A DNA stretch of 58,613 nucleotides from Clostridiaceae bacterium (GTDB lineage: Bacteria > Bacillota > Clostridia > TANB77 > CAG-508): the NCBI GenBank assembly GCA_012513065.1, contig JAAZCX010000032.1, positions 1 through 58,613 of the forward strand, read 5' to 3'. Shown piece after piece: positions 18,772 to 28,815 of the stretch. The translations under genes were made by a program, and so were the position numbers. Under the pieces are notes generated by a model. It saw only the letters and a list, made by a program, of their open reading frames with translations, was not told the DNA's origin and made no database searches. The first letter of the stretch is position 1. The number at the start of each line of letters is the position of its first letter.

Positions 18772-20698
18772 TAACGATTATTCTAATGCAGATGAATATC
18801 AAGTATTAAAGAAAAAAACAATAAAAGAACTAATTGCTCCTTCAGGAATAGATGCTAGTAACATAGATCACTTAGAAATTATTTCAAATGTAACAAAATA
18901 TGCTAGAAGCTTTTTCGTATCTACTCTTCCAAGAATGGCAACTTTTCCAGAATTGTTTAGAGATATGTATTTATTTGGAGATATAAATACATCTATATAC
19001 ATAAACCCAATTGCAGAGTCAAGATCTCAAAATGAATTAAATAGAACAATTAATGAATTAGAGACAGAAAGAATCGTAGCAGCAGATAGAGGAAATATAA
19101 ATAGAGAGAGTACTCTAGGACAAAAAAGATGGGAAGCAGAACAATTAAGAGATGAAATTGCTGCTGGATACAATAAATTATTTGAAGCTTCAGTTGTATC
19201 AACATTATTTGCATATAGTTTAGAAGATTTAAATAGATATACTAAATTATTAGCAACTGAAATGTCAAAATCATTAGTTGGAGTTAAAAGTGCTTGGGGA
19301 ATGCAAGAAGAAGCATTTCAAAGTAATTTACCTTTAATGCAAGATAAAGTTAAAAAGAATCATACATTTGATAGACGTTCAATGGGAACAGTTTTTCCAT
19401 TTACAACATCAGAGGTAGGACATCCAACTGGAATTCCTTTAGGATTTAATAAACAAACTGGAGTTCCAATATTGTTTGATAATTTCCATTCATCACTTGC
19501 AAATTATAATATGGTTATATTTGCAAAGTCTGGTGCTGGTAAATCAGTAACTATGAAAACATTAATTTCACGTTCAGCAGTATTAATGGGAATTGAAAGT
19601 TTAGCGTTAGATGCCGAAGGTGAATATAGTATAGTTGCAGAGAGTCTAGGAGGAATTAATGTAGTAATTAGTCCTAACTCTAAAACTGTAATAAATTTAT
19701 TTGATATTGAACCAGAAACAATTAAAGATGAAATAACAGGAAGAAATAGAACTATAATTAATGTAGAAAGTAAAGTAGAGGATGTTACTCAAGCATTACT
19801 TACTATGGCAAGAGGTAGTACAAGATCAAAAGAAGTTAATGAATTAACAAAACAAATTATTTCAGAAGCAGTATCAGAAGAATATTTTGCAGCTCATATC
19901 ACAAGTGATCCAAGAAGTTTATACCAAACAAGCGATGTTACAACAGGTGATATTTTAGGAAAACAAAAGAAACAAATGCCAACAATTGGTTCATGGTATA
20001 AAAGAATATTAAAAAAAGCTCAACAAAATACAAATGTAGATTATCAATTCCATTATAGTTATTTAATAAAAGTTATGAAACAATATATTAGAGAGTATAA
20101 TGGACAAATGGCGTATTTTGATGGACAATCTACTTTTGATTTGTTAGATGGAGCATTATTTATAAACTTAGATATTTCTCAATTAGAAGAAAGATTTGCA
20201 AGACCACTTGCACAACAAATATTACTTTCTTGGATTTGGGAAAAGTATGTAAAGAAAAATAGTGAAGATAGAACTAAGGCTTCAAAGAAGAGAGTTTTAA
20301 TTGATGAGGCATGGATGTTACTTCCATACCCAGAAGCAGTAGATTTCTTAAATACAATGGCACGTCGTGCTAGAAAAAGAAATGTTTCTTTAGCAATTAT
20401 TTCTCAAAGATTTCAAGATTTTTATGAGAAACCAGAAGCACAAGCAGTTTTAACTTCATCAGATACAAAATTATTCTTAGCACAAGATAAAGCTGAAATA
20501 GAATACTTAAAAGAAGTATTTAAATTAAGCTCTGGAGAAGCAAATTTCTTAGTAACATGCTTTAAAGGAGAAGGATTACTAAAAGTAGGATCAGATACAG
20601 CGATTATTCAAATAAAACCAACAGCAAAAGAATTTGAATTCGTAGAAACAAATATTAATAAGTTGGTACAAATGGACAAAAAAAGAAACGAATACTAG
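18728..20698 (+). CDS. virB4: VirB4-family T4SS ATPase
   Basis: NMVIFAKSGAGKS Walker A, LDAEGEY, LIDEAW Walker B, RRARKRN..ISQ. Start likely the ATG at 18728 (GGAGG upstream). Confidence 0.92.
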   Translation: MFKKQKELENQRQLNNDYSNADEYQVLKKKTIKELIAPSGIDASNIDHLEIISNVTKYARSFFVSTLPRMATFPELFRDMYLFGDINTSIYINPIAESRSQNELNRTINELETERIVAADRGNINRESTLGQKRWEAEQLRDEIAAGYNKLFEASVVSTLFAYSLEDLNRYTKLLATEMSKSLVGVKSAWGMQEEAFQSNLPLMQDKVKKNHTFDRRSMGTVFPFTTSEVGHPTGIPLGFNKQTGVPILFDNFHSSLANYNMVIFAKSGAGKSVTMKTLISRSAVLMGIESLALDAEGEYSIVAESLGGINVVISPNSKTVINLFDIEPETIKDEITGRNRTIINVESKVEDVTQALLTMARGSTRSKEVNELTKQIISEAVSEEYFAAHITSDPRSLYQTSDVTTGDILGKQKKQMPTIGSWYKRILKKAQQNTNVDYQFHYSYLIKVMKQYIREYNGQMAYFDGQSTFDLLDGALFINLDISQLEERFARPLAQQILLSWIWEKYVKKNSEDRTKASKKRVLIDEAWMLLPYPEAVDFLNTMARRARKRNVSLAIISQRFQDFYEKPEAQAVLTSSDTKLFLAQDKAEIEYLKEVFKLSSGEANFLVTCFKGEGLLKVGSDTAIIQIKPTAKEFEFVETNINKLVQMDKKRNEY

Positions 20699-20713
20699 GA
20701 GGATGTAAATAGT

Positions 20714-23188
20714 ATGAAAGAATTTACTAAAAAGGGCATACTACAAAAGACAATTATATCAATATTGGTAGCAATAATGCTTATTAATTTCATATTTCCA
20801 ACAGTTGTAAGAGCAAAGGGAGATGAAGTTGGAGGAGTTTTATACACTCCTATTCAATCTTTGGTAGTAGCCATAGGAGATGGACTAATGAGCTTAGTAA
20901 ATACATGTGCATATGGTGAAACAGTATCTCCAGTTTTATATCTTAGTACAGGAAGTTGGTGGCAATTTTGGGGAACATATGCAATCTTATATGTTGCATT
21001 TCCACCAGCAGCTTTACTATATACGGTATCTGCAGGATTAGAATATTTTGAAGTTACAGATACAAATATGTTACCTGATTCTTTACAATTACCGGTATTT
21101 TTAATATCACCAGAGAAAATATTTTCAAATGAAGTACCATTATTAGATGTAAATATAATTAATCCAAATGAGTATAAAGATTATAATGGAGAAATTAAAG
21201 AATCACCAGTTATGGTTATGCAATCTGCAATTTCAAGATGGTATATAGATTTTAGAAATTTAGCTACTGTTGCTTTATTAACAATTCTTGTATATGTTGC
21301 AATTCGTATAATTATATCTTCAACATCACAAGATAAAGCAAAATATAAGCAAATGTTTACAGATTGGCTTGTAGCATTTTGTTTGTTATTCTTTATGCAT
21401 TATATTATGAGTTTTTCCATTACTATGGTAGAATCAATAACAGATTCAATAAAAAGTCAAAATAGTGGATTACAGATTCCAATAAGTATAGATACAATAG
21501 TTGAAAAATATGATTTAGATGACGAACAAAAAAAGATATTAGAGGTATTTAGAACAAATGAAGGATTTTATTCAACAGGTTTAATGGGAGAAGCTAGATT
21601 TAAAGCACAATTAAATGGAATAGTTAAAAATGGAGATTTAAAGGACTTGATTGCAGATGGAGGAACTGAACAATTTGCATATACAACTATATATATAGTA
21701 TTGGTTATATATACAATTATGTTCTTATTTATATATATTAAGAGGGTAATATATATTATTTTCTTAACTGTAATTTCACCATTAGTAGCACTTACATATC
21801 CACTTGATAAAATGCAAGACGGAAAAGCACAAGGATTTAACACATGGTTAAAAGAATATATATTTAACTTACTTATCCAACCACTTCATCTTATATTATA
21901 TACGTTATTAGTAGGAACAGCGATGGAATTAGCATCAACATATATGATATATCCATTGGTAGTATTAGGATTTTTGTTACAATCTGAAAAAATATTACGT
22001 AAGCTATTTGGATTTGAGAAATCTTTCACAGCATCTTCACTAGTAAACGGAGCTTTAGGTGGAGCTTTAGCAATGAAAGGTCTTAGCGCACTAGGTGGTG
22101 GAGCTAAAAAAATGATAAAAGGTGGCAAAGGCGGAAAAGGTGGATCAGATGATTCAAAAGATAGCAAAATAAGAATGGCTAGTGCAGATAGAACTGCAGA
22201 TAATCCAAAAGGTGAAGATGATTATTTAGTAAATTCACTTAATGGTGGTTCTAATGTAAATTCTTCTGATAATGAAGCAATAATAGCAGAACAATACAAA
22301 AATGATGGATTTGATAAAAACGTTGACGGAGAATACTATAATCCTTCAACCGATGAATATGATGCTGATTACAGTCCATTTAAAGATCCTGATTATATAA
22401 GAAAAACAAATATTGAAACAGATAGTAATGAAGAAGGTATTGAAAGTAATGAAGAAGGTATTGAAAGCAATGAAGAAGCTATTGAAAGCAATGAAGAAAT
22501 AGAAGGAAAAAGAAATAGATTCTTTTCTGGAGTAAAAGAACTTGGAGGAAGATATGTTTCTCCAAATCTTAAAAAAGCAGGATTAGGATTAATTAAAGGT
22601 GCAGCAATTGGAATTGGTGCAGGAACATTAGGAACAATAGGAGTTGCAGCTGGTTTAGCATCTGATGACTTCTCAAATGTAGCAAAATATGGTGCAGCAG
22701 GATTAGGTATTGGAGGAACAATAGGAGGAAATGTTGGTGATAAAGCAATAAAATTACCATCAGAAGCATATAGAAAAGGTAAAGAAGTATCAGATACATT
22801 TAGAAAAGGATATTATACTAAAGACGAATATAAAGCAATTAAGAATAGACAACTTGACGATCAATTCATGAAAGATAAAGAAGCACAAGAATTATATAAA
22901 GAAAAATTTGATAAAGATTATAAAACTGCAATGGAAAAAGCAAAAGAATACAGAAAACATGGAATAACAGATAATGAAGTTATTATCAAAGCTATGAAAG
23001 CAAAATCTAAATATGCAGGTTCAGATTTAGCAGATTCTAGAAGAATAATATCAGCTAAATTAGCTAAAAATGTTTCAAATGAAAAAGACGTTGAAAGTAT
23101 TAAAAAGCGTTTAAAAGAAAAAGGTATAAGACAAGAACAAATAGATGACCAAGCTGAAATGATAAGAAAGATTAAAGGTTTAGTATAG
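20714..23188 (+). CDS. VirB6/TrbL-like polytopic T4SS membrane protein with a long hydrophilic C-terminus
   Basis: KAKYKQMFTDWLVAF..YIKRVIYIIFLTVISPLVALTYPLD..FNTWLKEYIFNLLIQPLH; Gly-rich tail; follows virB4. Confidence 0.8.
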   Translation: MKEFTKKGILQKTIISILVAIMLINFIFPTVVRAKGDEVGGVLYTPIQSLVVAIGDGLMSLVNTCAYGETVSPVLYLSTGSWWQFWGTYAILYVAFPPAALLYTVSAGLEYFEVTDTNMLPDSLQLPVFLISPEKIFSNEVPLLDVNIINPNEYKDYNGEIKESPVMVMQSAISRWYIDFRNLATVALLTILVYVAIRIIISSTSQDKAKYKQMFTDWLVAFCLLFFMHYIMSFSITMVESITDSIKSQNSGLQIPISIDTIVEKYDLDDEQKKILEVFRTNEGFYSTGLMGEARFKAQLNGIVKNGDLKDLIADGGTEQFAYTTIYIVLVIYTIMFLFIYIKRVIYIIFLTVISPLVALTYPLDKMQDGKAQGFNTWLKEYIFNLLIQPLHLILYTLLVGTAMELASTYMIYPLVVLGFLLQSEKILRKLFGFEKSFTASSLVNGALGGALAMKGLSALGGGAKKMIKGGKGGKGGSDDSKDSKIRMASADRTADNPKGEDDYLVNSLNGGSNVNSSDNEAIIAEQYKNDGFDKNVDGEYYNPSTDEYDADYSPFKDPDYIRKTNIETDSNEEGIESNEEGIESNEEAIESNEEIEGKRNRFFSGVKELGGRYVSPNLKKAGLGLIKGAAIGIGAGTLGTIGVAAGLASDDFSNVAKYGAAGLGIGGTIGGNVGDKAIKLPSEAYRKGKEVSDTFRKGYYTKDEYKAIKNRQLDDQFMKDKEAQELYKEKFDKDYKTAMEKAKEYRKHGITDNEVIIKAMKAKSKYAGSDLADSRRIISAKLAKNVSNEKDVESIKKRLKEKGIRQEQIDDQAEMIRKIKGLV
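22424..22504 (+). repeat. 21-bp coding tandem repeat (about 3.9 copies), SNEE(G/A)IE
   Basis: AGTAATGAAGAAGGTATTGAA-type units start at 22424, 22445, 22466 and 22487. Confidence 0.9.
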
Positions 23189-23197
23189 GAGTTATAA

Positions 23198-24139
23198 ATG
23201 AATATTTTAAAATATTATCATGAAAACAGAATTGGTATATGGATTACAATTATCGCTATTATTATAATAATAATAGCGATACAAACTATTAATGGTATTA
23301 TTAAAAATAATAATGGGGTTAAAAGTAATAATTTAAGTAATCAAAACGATATTATAAAAGAACAAGATTATAAAAATAATCTAAATCCGAATATATTAAT
23401 TTCAGATACTGAAGTAGTAAAAGAAAAACAACTTATAATTGACCAATTTATTAGATATTGTAATACAGGAAAAATACAAAAGGCATATGATTTATTATCA
23501 GATAATTGCAAAAAACAATTATTTCCAACATTAGAGATATTTAAGCAAAATTATTATAATATTAATTTTCAAACTACTAGATTATATAGTAAAGAAAAAT
23601 TTCTTGAGAAAACGTATAAAATAAAATTATACGAAGATATATTATCTACTGGAAATGCTAATTCAAAAGTTATTGAAGATTATTATACAATAATAAATAA
23701 AGATGATAATGTGAAAATTAATATTAGCAATTATATAAATGAAATAAATTTAGACAAATCTATGTCTAATAATAAATTAAAAGTAAATATTGTAAAAAAA
23801 CAAGTATATAAAGAATATGAAGAATATGAAATAAATATAACAAATTTAACTTACAATGATATCTTATTAGATAGTCAAGAAACAACCAAAAGTATATATT
23901 TAACAGGAAATAAAAACGTTCAATATTATTCATTATCACATGAGATGTCAACAAATGATTTAGTAGTGAAATCAAAAGGAACAAAGACTATATTTATAAA
24001 ATTTAATAAAGAATATAATTCAAATAGTACAATAAATAGCTTGAATTTTACAGATATTATCGAAAATAATGAAGAATATCAAAAAATAAATAAAAAAAGT
24101 GAATATAAAAATAGAAGTAAGTTTTATATGAATTTTTAA
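23198..24139 (+). CDS. Single-TM extracellular protein, NTF2/VirB8-like candidate
   Basis: N-terminal TM; IDQFIRYCNTGKIQKAYDLLS motif; lies within the T4SS operon. Confidence 0.5.
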   Translation: MNILKYYHENRIGIWITIIAIIIIIIAIQTINGIIKNNNGVKSNNLSNQNDIIKEQDYKNNLNPNILISDTEVVKEKQLIIDQFIRYCNTGKIQKAYDLLSDNCKKQLFPTLEIFKQNYYNINFQTTRLYSKEKFLEKTYKIKLYEDILSTGNANSKVIEDYYTIINKDDNVKINISNYINEINLDKSMSNNKLKVNIVKKQVYKEYEEYEINITNLTYNDILLDSQETTKSIYLTGNKNVQYYSLSHEMSTNDLVVKSKGTKTIFIKFNKEYNSNSTINSLNFTDIIENNEEYQKINKKSEYKNRSKFYMNF

Positions 24140-24175
24140 TGCAAAAAAATGTACTAATAAAAGGAGGTGATATCT

Positions 24176-26956
24176 TTGAACGATGAAAATAACAACGAAC
24201 AATTGCAAGATGATGAATTAGAGCAAAATGTAAAAAAATCTGCAAAAAAAGCTGGAAAAGAGGCAGCAAGGCAAGTAGCTAGAGTAGCAAAAGAATTAGC
24301 TAAAAAAGCAATATCTGCATTAGTTAAAGCAATTGGAATTAAAGGAATACTTATAATATTAGCTGTAATTGTTGTTATTGTTTTATTAGCAGGATTTTGG
24401 TATGGAATAAAGGAAAATCTGTTTAAAGATGTCTCTGAAATTGCCCATGGTATAACTGAAGATGGATCAGGGCAAATAACTGATATAACTACTATTAATG
24501 AAAGAGAGCTAGAAATCGATACAGAAGAATTAGAAAGAAGATTAGATGAATGGTTTGAAGAGAAAAATATAAATAAAGAAACAGTAGGAATATCAGAAGA
24601 TTATAATGAGCTTAAAAAATTCTTAGAAGCTGAAATTGTAACATTATATCCGGATTTAAGACTAAGAAATGAAATAGGTACACAAGTACCAGAAGGAAAA
24701 CTACAAGGATGTGTAATATTTAATAGAAATTATGAAGATGGAAGTTCAGAAGTATTAGAATACACTCCATATGATGAATTTATATTAGAAGTTGCAAAAT
24801 TAGGAAAAAAAATAGATGAAGAACAAACCCAGGAACAAATATATTTTACAAAAACAGAAGTAGAAGAACATTATAATGATTTAAAAAGAAAATTTACATT
24901 AGATGAAAATAATAATTTAATTTTAGTAGGAATGCATAGTAGTCAAACATTAGTTACTTTTAGTGATTATGCAAAAGAAGAAGGAAATATAGATGGTACA
25001 GGTAATGCATATATATTTGGTATTGATGTAAAAAAAGTAAATTATCAAAGTGTTATTGAAAAATATTCAATGCCATTTGAAGTATCCTTAGCACTTTTAA
25101 TGACATCACAAAATAGTGGATATTGTGAAGCAGTAGCAGATTTAGCTAAAAAATCTAATATTTATATTGATATACAAGATAATGCTACTACTAGTGTATT
25201 AACAGATGTATATAGTTATGATTCGGACTTTGAATTAGAAAGATATGTTAAATATAGAACAGTTACAGAAACAGAAGGAGCACTTGTTAGAAGTCCAACC
25301 ACAGAAATAGTAACTAGACTACCAGCAACAAGAACAGAAACCATAAATACATATGACCCATATCCAATGACAGGAAATGTAACATTAAATAATAGTGCAT
25401 ACAAAACAACAGTACAAACATTAAAAAATATTAATGTTTATTTATGCGTAAAAAGTGTAAATACATGGATTACAGAATATACATCAAGCTATACAAATAA
25501 TGTAGTTAATGAAGAGGTTAGTAGTGAATGGTTACCAGAAGAAGATGAAATAGAATTTGTTGAAGTAACAGATTATCATAGTCTTTGTGATACATATATA
25601 CCAATATCTTCAGAATTAGATATAATGGAAAACAGAGCAACAACTAAAGAAAAGAAATATAATAAAAAAATGAATAGTACAACAAATACAACAAGCAATA
25701 CTTATACTAAAAGTACTTCAACAGTAATAGAAACGCCTGAAAAATTCCTATCATTATTAAAAATTGATCTAAACACAGGAGAATTTGATGCACAAAATTT
25801 ATCAAATAATACCCAAAAATTACAATATAAAAATATAGGGGAAACAACAGCCTTTTCACCAGAGAATAATTTATTAAGCAGTTTAGAAGTATTATATTCG
25901 TTAATATCATCTAATTCAAGAACAGTAAATTTTGAAGATACTATGAAATACCTATTTGATTTATATCAAGGTAAAGTAACGTTAAATGAAAATAGAGATT
26001 TTTCAATATATGAACCAGGAAATTTTTATGAAGCAGGTAGTGGAATTTATGGTAGTAGTGTACAAGAAAAAGTATGGTTTGCATTAAAAAATTTAGGATA
26101 TAGTGATTATGCAGTAGCAGGAGCAATGGGAAATATAGATTATGAATCTTCAGGATTTTCAACAGTTGCAGTAGAAGGTGGATCTGGAGAAGGAATTGGA
26201 CTATGCCAATGGTCATTTGGAAGAAAAACTCAATTAATACAATATGCAGAGTCTAAAGGCTTGTCATGGCAAGATGAAGATACACAAATAGAATTTTTGG
26301 TGGCTGAAATATCTGGACAAGGTGTAGCAAGCGATTATGCTAATCAAAGAACTAAAGGTACGGTATCAGGAAATACTTATACAAGTGCAAGTTGGGCAAG
26401 TGCTACAACAATAAATGATGCTACTTTAACATTTATGGTATTTTTTGAAAGCCCATCTAATTTAAATAGTTTACGAGAAAGACAAGCAAGAGCACAAAAT
26501 TACTATAATCAATTTAATGGAAGGGAAGCACCAGTAAATACAAACATAGAGCTAACTGGAGAAAATGCAAACAAAATGTTAAATATGATAAATAGAGCAT
26601 ATGCTATAGCAAGTGATGATACTTATCAATATAGCCAAGCAAATAGAAATGAAGAATTCTATTATGATTGTTCAAGTTTTGTTTCAAGATTATATGTTGA
26701 TTATTTTGGAATTAGTAGATTAGATAGTGGAAGAAATGAAACAGGAACAGAAAATATTAGGGAAAACTGCGAGAGAAGTTATCAAATAGTAAGTTTAACA
26801 AGTCTACAACCAGGAGATATTTTATGGAAAAATGGACATACGGCTTTATACATTGGAGATAATACTATTGTTGAAGCAAAAGGAACAAATTATGGAATTG
26901 TAGTAGATACATTAACAGCTGGAAGATTTGTAAAAGCATATAGAATTATTTATTAG
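24176..26956 (+). CDS. VirB1-analogous cell-wall hydrolase: TM + large spacer + phage-tail-lysozyme domain + NlpC/P60 domain
   Basis: VWFALKNLGYSDYAVAGAMGNIDYES..GIGLCQWS (lysozyme) and YDCSSFV..LQPGDIL..GHTALYIG (NlpC/P60). Start likely the TTG at 24176 after AGGAGGTGA. Confidence 0.85.
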   Translation: MNDENNNEQLQDDELEQNVKKSAKKAGKEAARQVARVAKELAKKAISALVKAIGIKGILIILAVIVVIVLLAGFWYGIKENLFKDVSEIAHGITEDGSGQITDITTINERELEIDTEELERRLDEWFEEKNINKETVGISEDYNELKKFLEAEIVTLYPDLRLRNEIGTQVPEGKLQGCVIFNRNYEDGSSEVLEYTPYDEFILEVAKLGKKIDEEQTQEQIYFTKTEVEEHYNDLKRKFTLDENNNLILVGMHSSQTLVTFSDYAKEEGNIDGTGNAYIFGIDVKKVNYQSVIEKYSMPFEVSLALLMTSQNSGYCEAVADLAKKSNIYIDIQDNATTSVLTDVYSYDSDFELERYVKYRTVTETEGALVRSPTTEIVTRLPATRTETINTYDPYPMTGNVTLNNSAYKTTVQTLKNINVYLCVKSVNTWITEYTSSYTNNVVNEEVSSEWLPEEDEIEFVEVTDYHSLCDTYIPISSELDIMENRATTKEKKYNKKMNSTTNTTSNTYTKSTSTVIETPEKFLSLLKIDLNTGEFDAQNLSNNTQKLQYKNIGETTAFSPENNLLSSLEVLYSLISSNSRTVNFEDTMKYLFDLYQGKVTLNENRDFSIYEPGNFYEAGSGIYGSSVQEKVWFALKNLGYSDYAVAGAMGNIDYESSGFSTVAVEGGSGEGIGLCQWSFGRKTQLIQYAESKGLSWQDEDTQIEFLVAEISGQGVASDYANQRTKGTVSGNTYTSASWASATTINDATLTFMVFFESPSNLNSLRERQARAQNYYNQFNGREAPVNTNIELTGENANKMLNMINRAYAIASDDTYQYSQANRNEEFYYDCSSFVSRLYVDYFGISRLDSGRNETGTENIRENCERSYQIVSLTSLQPGDILWKNGHTALYIGDNTIVEAKGTNYGIVVDTLTAGRFVKAYRIIY

Positions 26957-26965
26957 GAGAAAAGT

Positions 26966-28276
26966 ATGAAAAAAATTGTAAAGATAATGATAATCCTTTT
27001 AATACTTATTATAATTTTAACTATAGTAATGATATGTATTTTAAAAGAACCCAAAAACAACATATTAATAAAAAATACTGTGGGTTCAGGTGATGCTGGA
27101 GAACAACTAAATTCCAACATTCATGATGTTACAGAAAAAACAGAATATTATACTGTTAAAAATTACATTGGTAGCTATTTAAAGGCATTAAATAAAAATA
27201 GTACAACATATTATAATAGGGATAAATATGACGAAACAATACAACAAGAATATGTTTACAATATATTATCAGAATCATATATTAAGAGTGCAAATATAAC
27301 AATGAAAAACGTATTAGCAAAAGTTAGTTTATATAGTGAGAATTTAAAATTCTTACCAATAAAAATCAAAAGTATTGAAGAAGAAAATCTAAATACATAT
27401 ATTGCATATGGAATAATAGTAAACTTGCAAAATAAATATATAAGTGATTTATATATAGTAGTAAATTTAGATTTAAAGAATAAAACATTTGCTGTAGAAC
27501 CATTAAATAAAACATATAATCATATAGATGACATAGATATAAAAAATCCAAATAAATCAATTGAAAAAAATGATTATAATGAATATATAGTTCAAAAAGT
27601 TACTAATCAATATGTTACAAATGAATATGTAAGTTTGTATAAAATATTATCTTTATCTAAACCAGAAATAATTTATGGTTTTATGCAAGAAGACTATAGA
27701 AATAAAAGATTTGGAAGCTTAAATAAGTTTAAACAATATGTAGAAGAAAATAAAAATGAAATAACACAAATAAAATTGGATGAATATCTTGTAAATAATT
27801 ATGATGATTATATTGAGTATGTAGCAAAAGACCAATATGAAAATTTATATATATTTAAGGAAAGTGCAGTAGCAAATTATACTTTTACATTAGATACTTA
27901 TACATTACCACAAGAGAAATTTGATAAAGAATACGCAAAAGCTAGTAATTTAAATAAAGTAGCTATGAATATAGATAAATTTTTCCAAATGATAAATGCT
28001 AAAGATTATGAATCTGCATATAGTGTTTTAGTAAATAATTTTAAGCAGACAAATTTCAAAAATGTAGAAGTATTTAAACAATATATGAAATCAAAATTAT
28101 ACACTTATAATGATGTTAATTTTGTAAAATTTTCAGATGATATTTCAGGAGTATTCACGTATTATATAGAAATATCAAATAGAGAGAATAATAAAGATAA
28201 GAAAATAAAGATGAATGTAGTTATGCAATTATTAGAGGAAAATACATACCAACTATCATTTCAAATTGTTGACTAA
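26966..28276 (+). CDS. Single-TM extracellular protein with repeated NTF2/VirB8-like modules
   Basis: N-terminal TM; IDKFFQMINAKDYESAYSVL motif similar to the 23198 product. Confidence 0.5.
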   Translation: MKKIVKIMIILLILIIILTIVMICILKEPKNNILIKNTVGSGDAGEQLNSNIHDVTEKTEYYTVKNYIGSYLKALNKNSTTYYNRDKYDETIQQEYVYNILSESYIKSANITMKNVLAKVSLYSENLKFLPIKIKSIEEENLNTYIAYGIIVNLQNKYISDLYIVVNLDLKNKTFAVEPLNKTYNHIDDIDIKNPNKSIEKNDYNEYIVQKVTNQYVTNEYVSLYKILSLSKPEIIYGFMQEDYRNKRFGSLNKFKQYVEENKNEITQIKLDEYLVNNYDDYIEYVAKDQYENLYIFKESAVANYTFTLDTYTLPQEKFDKEYAKASNLNKVAMNIDKFFQMINAKDYESAYSVLVNNFKQTNFKNVEVFKQYMKSKLYTYNDVNFVKFSDDISGVFTYYIEISNRENNKDKKIKMNVVMQLLEENTYQLSFQIVD

Positions 28277-28365
28277 TTATGTAAAACATGATAAAATATA
28301 ACTAATTCATAGCAAAAAATAACTATATAACAATATCTAATAATTTCATTAGGAGGGCAAAAAAT

Positions 28366-28671
28366 ATGGATAAAGCGATTATGCGGTTAGCATATGTGAT
28401 TTTGGGATTTGGAACAGGCTTAGTAGCAGGAATTATATATGCAAAAAAAGTTCCTACAAACTCTACATTTTCAATAATTGCATTAGTTGTAATAGGAATA
28501 ATTATAGCGTTAATTGTAGAGAGTAACATTGAACACGATAAAGATAAATTGATTATTTTTATGATACTTTGTGTGTTAACACCAATTGTTGCTATTATAG
28601 GCCAATACTTATATGCTATTGTTGTTGTATTATTTAGTATGATAATAGGCATATTAAAATTTATATTTTAG
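28366..28671 (+). CDS. Small membrane protein (about 4 TM)
   Basis: RBS AGGAGG, hydrophobic 101 aa, terminator follows. Confidence 0.7.
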   Translation: MDKAIMRLAYVILGFGTGLVAGIIYAKKVPTNSTFSIIALVVIGIIIALIVESNIEHDKDKLIIFMILCVLTPIVAIIGQYLYAIVVVLFSMIIGILKFIF

Positions 28672-28677
28672 TTATTA

Positions 28678-28708
28678 AAAGAGTATTATAAATATAATAC
28701 TCTTTTTC
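28678..28708 (+). terminator. Rho-independent terminator
   Basis: AAAGAGTATTATA-aa-TATAATACTCTTT plus Ts. Confidence 0.75.
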
Positions 28709-28815
28709 TATTTTTGAAATAAAAATTACTTTATATTTATTATTTACATGACATTTTATACTATGATATAATTATGATAGAATTATGATAGAATAAATAA
28801 AAAATAGGTGGGAAT

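Noticed and set aside
22424-22504. CRISPR-like repeat
   Set aside because: Contiguous in-frame 21-bp tandem units with no spacers and no cas genes.
25930-26520. Prophage, suggested by the phage-tail lysozyme domain
   Set aside because: The domain is part of the T4SS hydrolase; no phage structural, terminase or integrase genes are nearby.
14071-28276. Calling the T4SS locus an ICE or conjugative transposon
   Set aside because: No integrase, relaxase, coupling protein, terminal repeats or compositional shift is visible; left as a finding rather than a mobile_element feature.
1636-28386. +1 frameshifting at the two other in-frame CGG codons (about 1636 and 28384)
   Set aside because: Both are CGG-T. 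The +1 frame reaches a stop within a few codons while frame 0 continues sensibly, so any recoding would be context dependent (CGG-A).
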